Position numbers and translations under genes: made by a program | Notes under the pieces: generated by a model | What the model was told of the DNA's origin: nothing | The model's input: the letters and a program-made list of their open reading frames with translations, nothing else | Database searches by the model: none | Virus record (IMG/VR): IMGVR_UViG_2706795719_000001 | Coordinates: 97,990-161,989 of that record | Direction: 5' to 3' (one strand) | DNA length: 64,000 nt | From: a virus | Lineage: Duplodnaviria > Caudoviricetes | In this document: positions 9,212 to 19,033 of the stretch, piece after piece | How the letters are laid out: each line of letters begins with the position of its first letter | Numbering within the stretch: the stretch's first letter is position 1

Positions 9212-10124
9212 ATATTAATCTGGTTATAGCCCCTATACCTCCACCGGCCCCACCTAATCTTGTTAAATTTCTTAATGAAGAACTTAAAGAATTTTCTTCA
9301 GATATATTATCAATGGCTCCAACGGTTTTAGATTCTAGCCAATCTAATGCGGCTTGTCGTCCTACTGACCCAACTTGCATTGCTCTATATGCAAATGTAA
9401 CATCAAATACCGCTATAGTATTATTGTCTTCATATGATAATTCAGGTGCACTGACAGAAACTGGGACGCATCCTGTGAACATTGCAACAGTGTGCGGTAA
9501 CCCGCTTCTATTATGCAGATTAACTTGTATATCAGCTTCTACATCGATAGGTAGGGCCCTTAATCCTGTTATTGGATCTTCAACAGCATTAACCCAATCT
9601 TGCATAGCCCTATAATTACTTGCTTCTGAGTCCATTCTAAATGATATTATTAAAGGATCATATTCTCTAGATAATATTTTTATATTAGGAGAATTATGGT
9701 TTTTATCCATTTCATAAGATAATCTATTTTCCGGTAATTTAGCAGAATAAACCATTAATCCGGAAGTTGGGAAAGCCATATTAAAAAAATCTAGTAAATA
9801 TGTACCTACTTCAAATTCACCTAATAATGATTGAACTACTCTATTAGTCATTGCTCCTAAAAGATATTTAGATACACCTGATTTCCTCACTAATTTTTGG
9901 GTCCCAGAAACGATAAGACTAGAAACAGCACTTGTCACGTCACCTTGGGTTATTCCTAAAAAATCCGTATCTATTGGCAAGTTATTAAACAAAAATCCGC
10001 CAAAATTATCTAACAGCTCATTTGTTTTTGAAGATGGGGCTGTTGCAAAAACAACACTAAACATATTAGTTCGTTGAAAATCCAAATTCACAGCTTGACT
10101 TTTAAATTCTTCTAATGTATACAT
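9210..10124 (-). CDS. 54: baseplate tail-tube initiator gp54
   Basis: MYTLEEF..DFQRTNMFSVVFAT, EDPITGLRALP. Confidence 0.95.
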   Translation of the reverse strand: MYTLEEFKSQAVNLDFQRTNMFSVVFATAPSSKTNELLDNFGGFLFNNLPIDTDFLGITQGDVTSAVSSLIVSGTQKLVRKSGVSKYLLGAMTNRVVQSLLGEFEVGTYLLDFFNMAFPTSGLMVYSAKLPENRLSYEMDKNHNSPNIKILSREYDPLIISFRMDSEASNYRAMQDWVNAVEDPITGLRALPIDVEADIQVNLHNRSGLPHTVAMFTGCVPVSVSAPELSYEDNNTIAVFDVTFAYRAMQVGSVGRQAALDWLESKTVGAIDNISEENSLSSSLRNLTRLGGAGGGIGAITRLI

Positions 10125-11167
10125 TATAATAATCCTTCTGCAAATAATGTTCCACGATTTAATGTTAATATTTCTCTAAATGTTATTTCGAGAGTAAAGG
10201 TGCTTGGTAAATTTGGGGCCATTGCTAGACCATTAAAATGACCATTAGGAGATTTGTCAAATCTTATACTTGATATTTGTGCTGGTCCAAATATGTCAGT
10301 TCTTCCATCATAAGAAGAGGTTTTACCGAAATTTCGTATAACCCATATTGTTGGATTACTTACAACCAAGACATTAGATAAAAAACTTGTTATATTTTCT
10401 AATATTGTTCCAGAAGTATCAGCCCCAGTTGGAGTATTAGGATTTATTAATGTAGTTTTATACCATTCATCAATAGCTGCTTTAATTTCTTTAGCAAATT
10501 TAGATACACCCGTTTCCCCATAAGAAAAATAACTAAATATTTCATATATATAAAGTATTTGAATTAGGTCTTGGGGTGTTCTTGGGGTTAGATGCCATGT
10601 AAAAACTTTAGTTCTATTATCCGCACCGGCGTACATAGAACGAGCAGTGGTATAAATTTGTTCACCTTTATCAGCCATAATTCCTTGTGTTATAGAATCC
10701 AATGCTCCAAAAACGGCTGTAGAAGCCACATTACTTAAAGCCCCGGTTACAGAACCGCCACCTTTGGTCAATAATGAATCACCAACATCATTAAATCTAT
10801 GAGAAATATTATCTACGTCAGACTGGCTTCTGGGCATTAATATATTTGCAACAGATTCTTGCTTAAATGTTGTAGTTCCACCTTTACTAGAAAAATCTAT
10901 ATTAATAGCATCAACGGTACTTTGTTTTTTTCTAAAATCTCTTAAAGATCCAGTATCTCTAGCATTATAATTATATGCAGTAAATAATAAGCCATTTTTA
11001 TATAAGTCATTTAATCTAAAATCTAAATCATTATCTGTTCCTGAAGCTCGTTCTGCCGGAAATTGTGCAACTAAAGTTTTTGTCGGGCTAGTTGTGGGAT
11101 TAGAAGCCCCGGCCGATACTTTAGTTCCTATATTTTCAACAGATTCTTCTAAAATTTTTAGTTTCAT
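10124..11167 (-). CDS. 48: baseplate tail-tube cap gp48
   Basis: AQFPAERASG, APNLPSTFTLEITFREILTLNR. Confidence 0.95.
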   Translation of the reverse strand: MKLKILEESVENIGTKVSAGASNPTTSPTKTLVAQFPAERASGTDNDLDFRLNDLYKNGLLFTAYNYNARDTGSLRDFRKKQSTVDAINIDFSSKGGTTTFKQESVANILMPRSQSDVDNISHRFNDVGDSLLTKGGGSVTGALSNVASTAVFGALDSITQGIMADKGEQIYTTARSMYAGADNRTKVFTWHLTPRTPQDLIQILYIYEIFSYFSYGETGVSKFAKEIKAAIDEWYKTTLINPNTPTGADTSGTILENITSFLSNVLVVSNPTIWVIRNFGKTSSYDGRTDIFGPAQISSIRFDKSPNGHFNGLAMAPNLPSTFTLEITFREILTLNRGTLFAEGLL

Positions 11168-12879
11168 TAATTAACCTCTAGTGCTTTATACATGCCAGGA
11201 GCAGCATATCCTGTTACAGGAGTTTGTTGAATAACAGTTTTATTATTTGCAACATTATTTTGGACATTAGCAGTGTTTGTTGTAGATTGGATAGTAGATT
11301 CTGATGTTTGAATATTATTAATATTTTCAGCACTAGTATAATCTTGGGATTCTTTAGGGTCTTCAGGCTTAATATTAGGGATTTGTTCTAACAATAAGTC
11401 AGATTTATCTAAGGCCTCTATTCCAAGTTTATAATAATCCGAATCAACTTCTACACTTTGATTATCTATAATTGAGCTTGCTAATTCTCTGAGTTCCCTA
11501 GCTATTTTAGACAAATTTTCCGGGCTATTTCTTTGAGCTTCAGCCATAGCTATAAGATTATTTAATCTTGCTTCTGTCTTTACTTGTTCTTCTATATTAC
11601 TAGCTTCAGGATTGTTTTGATTAGTTTCTTTAATTGCAGTATCAGCCTGTTCTTGGGTTATAATTCCACCTTCAACAAATTTGGCTGCTTCTTCTTCAAC
11701 TGTAGTTCCAAACATTCTAGCTTTGGCTTTAACAACTCTTGTCCATCCAGAATCTTCTTCTTGGGATGTATTTCTAACATCATTTCCACGAACTTTGGCC
11801 ATTAATTTTAATTCATCATCTGTTGGCATATACCCGGTATTTTTATTATAAGCCTCTATCGCGGCAACTTCTAATTCATCTGCCCAAGTATCTTGTCCCA
11901 TAGCTCGGAGTAAAGATGATAATAATTTACCTAATGCAAATTGTATACCTTGCAATAAATTTTCCAAAACATTTACAAGGCCTTTAACTATTGCTAATGT
12001 TAAATTACCAAAATCACCTTCTTTCCAGAATTTTTTGACATCTTCTAATGTTGCAAAAATTGATCTCAATATTGGTGCTAATGGCCCAAGTTTTTCTTCA
12101 AAATCATCAAAAGCTTCATTAAACAATTTACCCCAGTATTTAAAATGGATCATTATCAAATCCATTGCTAATACAACAGCTAACATTATAGCGGCCCATT
12201 TAGCAGCAAATAAAGCAGCACTTACTGTGTATTTAAATAACATATCTGCTATTCTATTTGTCATACCATACGCAGATTTAAACCCGGTTTTGACATTTTT
12301 ATTCAAAGTCCCAAGAATTTTACTTAAAGAATCTTTTTCTTTATTGTCCTTTTTGGGTTCTTTATTTTTCTTTTCTTCTTCAGGTTTAGGTATTCTATCA
12401 ATATCTTCTTTATTAATAATTAAATCTTTAATAGCAGACTCTAGCTTAGAATCTTCAACTGGGACTGGAAGTTTAGAAAATGCTTCTTCTGTTTCAGATA
12501 CTTCAGGCTCTATAACTTCTTGTTTTTCTGGTTTAAATTTCTCTTTTAATAAATTACTTAATTTAGAGATATTAGAAGAAAATGTATCTGATAATTTAGA
12601 TGTTGAAGACGATAAATCCTTTAAACTGTTATTAGTTTCTTGGTTAGAATCTATTAATAATTCAACACCAGCTTGGACATCTTGGACAGAAGAATTTATT
12701 TTAGTCGAGGTGCTTTCTATTGTCTCTGCTACAAGTTCAATACCACTAGATAAATCTGTCAAAGAATCAGAGACAGACCCCATTGAATTAGCAACATTTT
12801 CTTGTCCTTTAGCCTCTTTAGATATTTTGTTTTTTTCTTCTATAACTTTAGTTCTTCTAAATGAATCAGGTGTTTTCAT
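11167..12879 (-). CDS. 29: baseplate hub / tape-measure protein gp29
   Basis: helical, LFKYTVSAAL..AK, position. Confidence 0.9.
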   Translation of the reverse strand: MKTPDSFRRTKVIEEKNKISKEAKGQENVANSMGSVSDSLTDLSSGIELVAETIESTSTKINSSVQDVQAGVELLIDSNQETNNSLKDLSSSTSKLSDTFSSNISKLSNLLKEKFKPEKQEVIEPEVSETEEAFSKLPVPVEDSKLESAIKDLIINKEDIDRIPKPEEEKKNKEPKKDNKEKDSLSKILGTLNKNVKTGFKSAYGMTNRIADMLFKYTVSAALFAAKWAAIMLAVVLAMDLIMIHFKYWGKLFNEAFDDFEEKLGPLAPILRSIFATLEDVKKFWKEGDFGNLTLAIVKGLVNVLENLLQGIQFALGKLLSSLLRAMGQDTWADELEVAAIEAYNKNTGYMPTDDELKLMAKVRGNDVRNTSQEEDSGWTRVVKAKARMFGTTVEEEAAKFVEGGIITQEQADTAIKETNQNNPEASNIEEQVKTEARLNNLIAMAEAQRNSPENLSKIARELRELASSIIDNQSVEVDSDYYKLGIEALDKSDLLLEQIPNIKPEDPKESQDYTSAENINNIQTSESTIQSTTNTANVQNNVANNKTVIQQTPVTGYAAPGMYKALEVN

Positions 12880-13384
12880 TTTGGAATAATCCTAATATAT
12901 CATCGCCATACACAACTTTATCATCTAAATTTATAGCGATACTTTTTCCGAGTTCATCGGCCCATTTATAAACAAAAGCCGGCATACTACCAAAATCTAC
13001 TTTTTCTAAAGATAATGTTTCTAATAATTCTTTAGCAGTTGAAAATTTTTCTCCTGGTAATATGTCTCTAAATTTATATTCTTTTCCTTGATATGTAAAT
13101 TTAGGTGTTGGTAAAATGTAAACATCATTAATAGAATATATTTTATTGTTATACTCAAATGTGTCGTTGCATTTTCCATTAAATTCAGCTAAATGAAGTA
13201 ATACTAAATGGGCTTCTTTAAATGATAAATTCTTATCAACTGAGTCTAAAACAATTTTTAATGTTTCTTCAGGAGATTTGGCTTCTTTAAATTTTTCATA
13301 ATAGTTAAGACCTAATTTAGGAATAACTAATTCTTTTCCATTTATATTAATCTTCTTCAACGGAAGAATTATCTTTAATTTCAT
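12866..13384 (-). CDS. 28: baseplate hub distal subunit gp28
   Basis: IPKLGL, MPAFVYKWAD. Confidence 0.9.
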   Translation of the reverse strand: MKLKIILPLKKININGKELVIPKLGLNYYEKFKEAKSPEETLKIVLDSVDKNLSFKEAHLVLLHLAEFNGKCNDTFEYNNKIYSINDVYILPTPKFTYQGKEYKFRDILPGEKFSTAKELLETLSLEKVDFGSMPAFVYKWADELGKSIAINLDDKVVYGDDILGLFQNENT

Positions 13385-14492
13385 TTTTTACCTTAATATG
13401 ATCTACAGGTTTAAGAACTTTACTATTACTAAACATGTATATGTGAGTAAAACTTTGGTTATTAGACATTTCATGTATAACAGAATCCACATAAAATGTA
13501 CTTAAAAATTGGTTTTTAGGGTCATAAAATTCCAATTTAGTCCCAGGTGTTATATCAAAATCACCATAAGTTGTGCATTTAGCATAAGAATCATATTGGG
13601 CCATGGTATTAAGCTTAGTTGCTTCTTCATACCCATTTCTGAATAATTGGTCAGAATAACCACCATTGCGAGATACTAATATAGAATTCTCTCCATTACC
13701 ATTTACTATTCTTGTACAATTTTTATCAATCATACTAAATGAATATATTGTAGAATTCTCGTATGGATTTCTGTTATATGAATTTGTTTTTGTTATCCAT
13801 TCAAAATCATATGCTAATGGGTATTCTAATTGATCGGCAAATTGCCCGACCATTAATGGTTCTCCTACTACCATTTCTTTAACTTTAGAATTAATAATTT
13901 GTTGGAAATCCGTGATGTGGATCCCATTAAAATCATCCCAAACCAAAGCAAACATATCAGATGCAACAGAAATACCAGTATCTCTAACATAATCCATATA
14001 TTCCTTAATTCCTAGTACCCATGGAACTAGAGGTACGTGTATATTAGTCCCTGTTATCGTAGGTTTCAATAGTGGCGCATCTGTATATAAAACATTAATC
14101 ATTTCTTCAATAGTTTCTGTAGCGTTCTTAAAGAACACCCTACTAAATTTAAGATTTTTATTTTTATATGGTGGTATTAATTGCATTGTGATAATATTAT
14201 CACCTTTTTGGTCTACAGAAACAGATGAATATTTAACAGCATAAATTCTGGTTTTTGATATAGATGTATTAGCATTTCCTACAGAAATCTGAAGTATTTG
14301 GTCCCCATCAAGTTTAGTATGCATATTCTTATGGTCATAAATCTGAAGCATGCCTTCATTTGTCCCATATAAATCATCTCTGATAGTTAACGTAGTAAAT
14401 GTTCCACCTAGTTCAACAAATCTATTTTCTAACCAAGCATCATAGTTTTGGTAGAGTTTTATAGATACATTAGGATATCCCACTCTTTGCAT
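13347..14492 (-). CDS. 27: baseplate hub subunit gp27
   Basis: MQR.GYPNVSIKLYQNYDAWLENRFVEL. Confidence 0.95.
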   Translation of the reverse strand: MQRVGYPNVSIKLYQNYDAWLENRFVELGGTFTTLTIRDDLYGTNEGMLQIYDHKNMHTKLDGDQILQISVGNANTSISKTRIYAVKYSSVSVDQKGDNIITMQLIPPYKNKNLKFSRVFFKNATETIEEMINVLYTDAPLLKPTITGTNIHVPLVPWVLGIKEYMDYVRDTGISVASDMFALVWDDFNGIHITDFQQIINSKVKEMVVGEPLMVGQFADQLEYPLAYDFEWITKTNSYNRNPYENSTIYSFSMIDKNCTRIVNGNGENSILVSRNGGYSDQLFRNGYEEATKLNTMAQYDSYAKCTTYGDFDITPGTKLEFYDPKNQFLSTFYVDSVIHEMSNNQSFTHIYMFSNSKVLKPVDHIKVKNEIKDNSSVEED

Positions 14493-15243
14493 GTTTTTTG
14501 TCCTTTATATCTTTTTCTATCAGTGCTAGTGTAATTGTTCGGTTCATAGGGGTCATTTTCTCAATATCAGATAAAGAATATCCCTGTTTAACCATTATAT
14601 GGTTTATTTTATAAAACGTAATTATCTCTTCTTCAGAAAGTATTATTTTAAATAAATCTAAAATATTTCTATATGTCATTTCATGAGATTCACAACAACT
14701 AAATTTAATTGGAATATAAATTGGATATATATCTTTTATGATAGTTTCAAAATCGTCTAATGATATAACAGACATGACAAGATTTTTATTTTCTTGGTCT
14801 AAGTCTTCCCATAGATATTCACTATTAGCATCTTCTATTTTATATATACAACTATCAAATAATTGTTTTATATCAGTTGTCATGTTATTTGTAAAATCAA
14901 AATATATTTTTATCCCTGAAGTCTCAAGAACTGGTCTATTAAGTTTTTTTAATTCTAAATTTAGAAATGTCTTTTTTTCTTTACCACATTTGGGGCACTT
15001 GAATCTTATAGGTAAAACTGTTTTACCTATTGATGCGGTAAACCATATAATAAATGCATATGGTCTATATATTTTTGGCATATCAGGAAAACATTCTTCT
15101 AAAAGCTCATCTAAAATTTGTTCTGCTTCATCTGGGTTTTTTTCTATTTCACTTCTCACAAAAAGTAATTGTAAATAATCATCATTAGAAAATTGTCTTA
15201 TTCTATATGTTTTTTCAGGCGTAACAATTCTTATTATGTTCAT
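14470..15243 (-). CDS. 51: baseplate hub assembly protein gp51
   Basis: CPKCGK, FSCC, MTP..R.I.L.LIEKD; position. Confidence 0.9.
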   Translation of the reverse strand: MNIIRIVTPEKTYRIRQFSNDDYLQLLFVRSEIEKNPDEAEQILDELLEECFPDMPKIYRPYAFIIWFTASIGKTVLPIRFKCPKCGKEKKTFLNLELKKLNRPVLETSGIKIYFDFTNNMTTDIKQLFDSCIYKIEDANSEYLWEDLDQENKNLVMSVISLDDFETIIKDIYPIYIPIKFSCCESHEMTYRNILDLFKIILSEEEIITFYKINHIMVKQGYSLSDIEKMTPMNRTITLALIEKDIKDKKHAKSGIS

Positions 15244-15291
15244 AGTGTCTCCTCTTATTTATTTATAAATACATAAAAAGGAGACACTATG
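15241..15291. promoter_or_regulatory. bidirectional late promoter (palindrome TATTTATAAATA) flanked by a 13-bp inverted repeat covering both SD+ATG
   Basis: catagtgtctcct (15241-15253) / aggagacactatg (15279-15291); promoter 15260-15271. Confidence 0.85.
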
Positions 15292-15873
15292 TTTGAAATA
15301 ACATGCAATGATTTAATATATAAAGCCAGATATTTCACCCTGGATGAATACGAGGCAACTCTTCTCAAAATAACTGATAATAATATTAAAGAAGCTATAA
15401 CTAAGCTCTTAATTGATTGTGTGGATTCCTATGATACAAATTTACCTAAACACTACGCAGAATGTATTTTTCTTAAACTATGGGCTCATAGTTTAGGTGG
15501 AGTGACAAAAGACTTAAATGGTGTTTTTGTCAATTTTAATTATATAGAATCTCCAGCAGAAAAAGGCTTTATCTATAAAATAGAAAATTTAAGCTTAAAA
15601 ATGAGGTATCCAAAATTATTTGAAGATTCTGATAAGCTGGAAATGGTTATTAATTGTATTGATTCTGTAATATTAGAAAATGAAACGGAAATAAAGATAC
15701 AAGACCTTTCATCAGAAGATATAGAAGCTTTATATTCGCTTTTAACAAAAGACTCTATTATTGCATTAAGAGATGAATTGCTTAGACCAAAACCATATAT
15801 TGCTTTTCCACTTGATGGAGAAATACATAAAATAGAAGGGTTTAAAAACTTATTAGAGGTGATAGATGAGTAA
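15289..15873 (+). CDS. 26: baseplate hub subunit gp26
   Basis: FTLDEY, LWAHSLG, MRYPKLFED; divergent from 51. Confidence 0.85.
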   Translation: MFEITCNDLIYKARYFTLDEYEATLLKITDNNIKEAITKLLIDCVDSYDTNLPKHYAECIFLKLWAHSLGGVTKDLNGVFVNFNYIESPAEKGFIYKIENLSLKMRYPKLFEDSDKLEMVINCIDSVILENETEIKIQDLSSEDIEALYSLLTKDSIIALRDELLRPKPYIAFPLDGEIHKIEGFKNLLEVIDE

Positions 15874-16252
15874 AATGAATGTTTTATACTCTGACTTGGA
15901 CCCTAAAATGGAAAAAGGCTGGGATAAAGATCTACATAAAGTTGTAGGAGATAGAGCTGTTAAAAATTCTATTCTTGGGATAATTAGTACAAGAAAAGGG
16001 TCTAGACCCTTTGATCCAGAATTTGGGTGTAACATAACAGATCAGTTATTTGAAAATATGAGCCCATTAATAGAAGATACTATAGAACGATCTATTGTGT
16101 CTGCTATAAAAAATTATGAACCAAGGGTTCAACGTTTAAAAGTCTCTGTTACTACATTATATGATTCTAATTCTATCATAGTGGATATAATTTTTTCTAT
16201 AGTAGATAATCCAGATACATTAGAACAAATAAAAGTTCAATTATCTAAATAA
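15866..16252 (+). CDS. 25: baseplate wedge subunit gp25
   Basis: YSDLDP, STRKGSRPFDPEFGC, NYEPR. Confidence 0.95.
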   Translation: MSKMNVLYSDLDPKMEKGWDKDLHKVVGDRAVKNSILGIISTRKGSRPFDPEFGCNITDQLFENMSPLIEDTIERSIVSAIKNYEPRVQRLKVSVTTLYDSNSIIVDIIFSIVDNPDTLEQIKVQLSK

Positions 16253-16446
16253 TTTACTATAGTTATTAATTTATTACTTAATAGTTATATAGAATATACT
16301 ATACTTTTAATAAAATAATAAACTAAGGAAACTATTTTCTGGAGCGCAGCTCCAGATTTTAATAACACAGAGTTATTAATTTATTACTTAATAGTTATAT
16401 AGAATATACTATACTTTTAATAAATTAGTTTACTATAGTTATTAAT
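16253..16446. repeat. AT-rich 66-bp-unit repeat array, locus A, with GCA-triloop hairpin at 16338-16356
   Basis: identical 54-bp blocks at 16261 and 16371, partial third copy; 60 bp identical to 52294-52353. Confidence 0.95.
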
Positions 16447-16495
16447 AATAGGCTATTATTATAATTTGTATATAATGTATCTTTATGGAGGAATT

Positions 16496-16906
16496 ATGAA
16501 TTTAGAAGAATTACAAACAATGTTATCAGAAGACCTAAAAATAGATTCGTTAAAACTTCAATATGAAGCTGCCAATAACCCATCATTATATGGTAAATGG
16601 TTAAAAATTTATTCTGATATAAAGAAAGGAATTATTTCTTATGAGGCTAATAAGAAAAGATTACTAAAACAACGATTAGACCATTATACAGGCCGTGGCG
16701 ATGAAGTATGTATGGATTTATATGAAAAATCTGAACTAAAAACTGTTATTGCGGCTGACCCAGAAATATTAAAAACCCAAACATCAGTTGAATATAGAAA
16801 TCTTTTATTAGATTTTGCATCCAAAGCTTTAGATGCAATAAAGGCTCGTGGGTTTAGTATTAAACATATTCTTGAATGTAGACAATTTGAGGCAGGTACA
16901 AAATGA
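16496..16906 (+). CDS. uvsY: recombination mediator UvsY
   Basis: DLKID..KLQYEA, DHYTGRGD, EKSELKTV, RGFSIKHI; GGAGG SD. Confidence 0.95.
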   Translation: MNLEELQTMLSEDLKIDSLKLQYEAANNPSLYGKWLKIYSDIKKGIISYEANKKRLLKQRLDHYTGRGDEVCMDLYEKSELKTVIAADPEILKTQTSVEYRNLLLDFASKALDAIKARGFSIKHILECRQFEAGTK

Positions 16907-17283
16907 CGAGCATTGATATCATTAAAGAAAATTTAGATATGGTGTTAGCAATGGAGAATTTGACAACGGATTCTCAAAGAGACTTAGCTATTAATGCCAT
17001 GAAACGGCATTTAACTAATATAAATAATATTAAGCTGATGGCTGAAGGTATTGATAAAAGTGGGTTATTACCTAATTATTCTTTACCACAAATAATTGAA
17101 GAAATAAAAGGATGGGCTATGGACCATATTTGTGTAGTTTGTAAAAAGCCTATTGATGAAAGTTTAGTTATCTTTAACGATAATAATGAACCTGTTCATC
17201 CTGGGCCATGTTATAATTTCTCCAAAGAACAACCAGTAACAGAATCTGGGAGTTCTTTAAATGAAGTAGAATTATTAATGTAA
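16903..17283 (+). CDS. uvsY.-2: protein with C-terminal UvsY.-2-like domain and extra N-terminal region
   Basis: ICVVCKKPID..PVHPGPCYN..LNE..LL in the last 54 aa. Confidence 0.75.
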   Translation: MTSIDIIKENLDMVLAMENLTTDSQRDLAINAMKRHLTNINNIKLMAEGIDKSGLLPNYSLPQIIEEIKGWAMDHICVVCKKPIDESLVIFNDNNEPVHPGPCYNFSKEQPVTESGSSLNEVELLM

Positions 17284-17298
17284 AAATAAAAGACGAGA

Positions 17299-17520
17299 TC
17301 ACTCGTCTTTTTCTGTTTCTAGATCTTCTAATTCCAATCTTTTACCTTCTAATGCATCTCTGATAGAAATATCATCTGTATCTTTAATTTTTAATTCTTT
17401 AATTCGTTTAGAATAATATTTTTCTAACTCTTCTAATCCAGCCAATGTTTGGCATTCTCTAATTTTATTCATAAAAGTTTCTACACTAGCTTCTATTAAA
17501 ATATCTTTAAACGATATCAT
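17299..17520 (-). CDS. uvsW.1: UvsW.1
   Basis: CQTLAGLEELEKYY.KR.KE..DTDDISIRDAL.GKR. Confidence 0.9.
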   Translation of the reverse strand: MISFKDILIEASVETFMNKIRECQTLAGLEELEKYYSKRIKELKIKDTDDISIRDALEGKRLELEDLETEKDE

Positions 17521-19019
17521 AATTTAACCTCTCTCATTGAATAGTCAAATTTTTCACTTGCATATCTTTCTATACGTTCTAAAGCGTGCTTTAAAGCATA
17601 GTTCAAATGAACATATTTCTTTTTAGTATTTTTAGACTTGGGTTTTACACCCATATCATCAACAATATCCCAAAGTACACCTTCTGCTTTAGAACCATGT
17701 AATCTAAGGACCCTACCAATAGATTGAAGAACTGTTACTTTGGATTTAATAGGATGTGCAAATATAACATGGTGTAAATTCTTAATAGAGACACCAGCAC
17801 TAAAAACACCATAAGAAGCTACTACGACCATCCCTGAGCGTTTTTCTGCCATAGCCTTTATAATATCTCTATCTTTATCTTTAACCTCTCCTGCGATAAA
17901 GAAGACATTCTCTTCACCATGGATAGATTTACAATATTCGTAAAGATCTTTGCCGTGTGCGATTCTATCAAACATTACAAAAACATTTTCATCTTTGGAC
18001 CCAAGTTTACAAGCTAACTTAGCAATCCATTCATTACGTTGTTTTGCTTTGATAATTATTTTTATTTCATCTTGATATGCAAAACCTTTAACCTTTTCCG
18101 TAAAAGCATCAGGATATCTTAAAAATAAAGTATTGATTTTAAGCTTAGAGACTTGTCCGGCTTCCATTAATTCTGCTGTAGATACTGGACGATAGATGTT
18201 TCCAAATAATCCAATATATTGCATAATATTAGCTTTACCGTCTTTTACTGTACCAGTTAATCCAAATTTGAATTTACAATTACTTAAGCCATTGATAATA
18301 GTACTAATGCTCTTTCCCGTAGCTAGATGGCACTCATCATTCATTAACATTCCGAACTGTTCAAACCATTCTTTAGGTTGTTTTATGGCCGTTTGCCATG
18401 TTGATACATAAACCAATGCATCAGAATCTTTAGCAGTACCACCTTTAATTCCTAGAAGCATTTCTCTAGAAAATAATCTATAGTCAACTAAATCATCAAT
18501 CATTTGTTTAACAAGGATAGTAGTAGGAACTAAAATTAAAACCTTACCTTGGAAATTCTCAATATAATATCTAGCCAGGAGTGCCTGGATCAACGATTTA
18601 CCAGCTGATGTAGGTAAATTCAACAATGCCCTGTTTTGTGACAGGCCTTTAACTACAGAGTCTTTTTGATACCAATGAGGCGTTATCTTAGTAGAACCAG
18701 AATAAACATCTTTAGAGTCCACCCAATCAGAAATTTCTTTTTCTGTAATTCCACCATTGTCTGTTATTTTAGGGTCTATTTCTACTTTATAATCCATATT
18801 ATCAGCAAATTTTTTAACATAGTCCACTAATCCATACGGAAGCAGTCCATCATATCCTAAAATACGGATTTTACCGTCCCACTGCCCATATTTGAATTTA
18901 GGATTAAACTGGTAACCTGGAGTCTCAAAAGAAAAATAATCTCTAAGTTCAAAGAAAATAGAATCTTCACATTCGATTTTTACACTACTATAATCGTAAA
19001 ACTTTAATTTAATATCCAT
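17517..19019 (-). CDS. uvsW: DNA helicase UvsW
   Basis: LPTSAGKS, NDECH, QSIGRVLR; start moved to MDIKL. Confidence 0.97.
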   Translation of the reverse strand: MDIKLKFYDYSSVKIECEDSIFFELRDYFSFETPGYQFNPKFKYGQWDGKIRILGYDGLLPYGLVDYVKKFADNMDYKVEIDPKITDNGGITEKEISDWVDSKDVYSGSTKITPHWYQKDSVVKGLSQNRALLNLPTSAGKSLIQALLARYYIENFQGKVLILVPTTILVKQMIDDLVDYRLFSREMLLGIKGGTAKDSDALVYVSTWQTAIKQPKEWFEQFGMLMNDECHLATGKSISTIINGLSNCKFKFGLTGTVKDGKANIMQYIGLFGNIYRPVSTAELMEAGQVSKLKINTLFLRYPDAFTEKVKGFAYQDEIKIIIKAKQRNEWIAKLACKLGSKDENVFVMFDRIAHGKDLYEYCKSIHGEENVFFIAGEVKDKDRDIIKAMAEKRSGMVVVASYGVFSAGVSIKNLHHVIFAHPIKSKVTVLQSIGRVLRLHGSKAEGVLWDIVDDMGVKPKSKNTKKKYVHLNYALKHALERIERYASEKFDYSMREVKL

Positions 19020-19033
19020 TACTTTCACCTTAT

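Noticed and set aside
16253-16446. 66-bp repeats as a CRISPR or mini-CRISPR array
   Set aside because: Units are long, about 90% AT and mostly directly tandem with no series of unique spacers; no cas genes in the window
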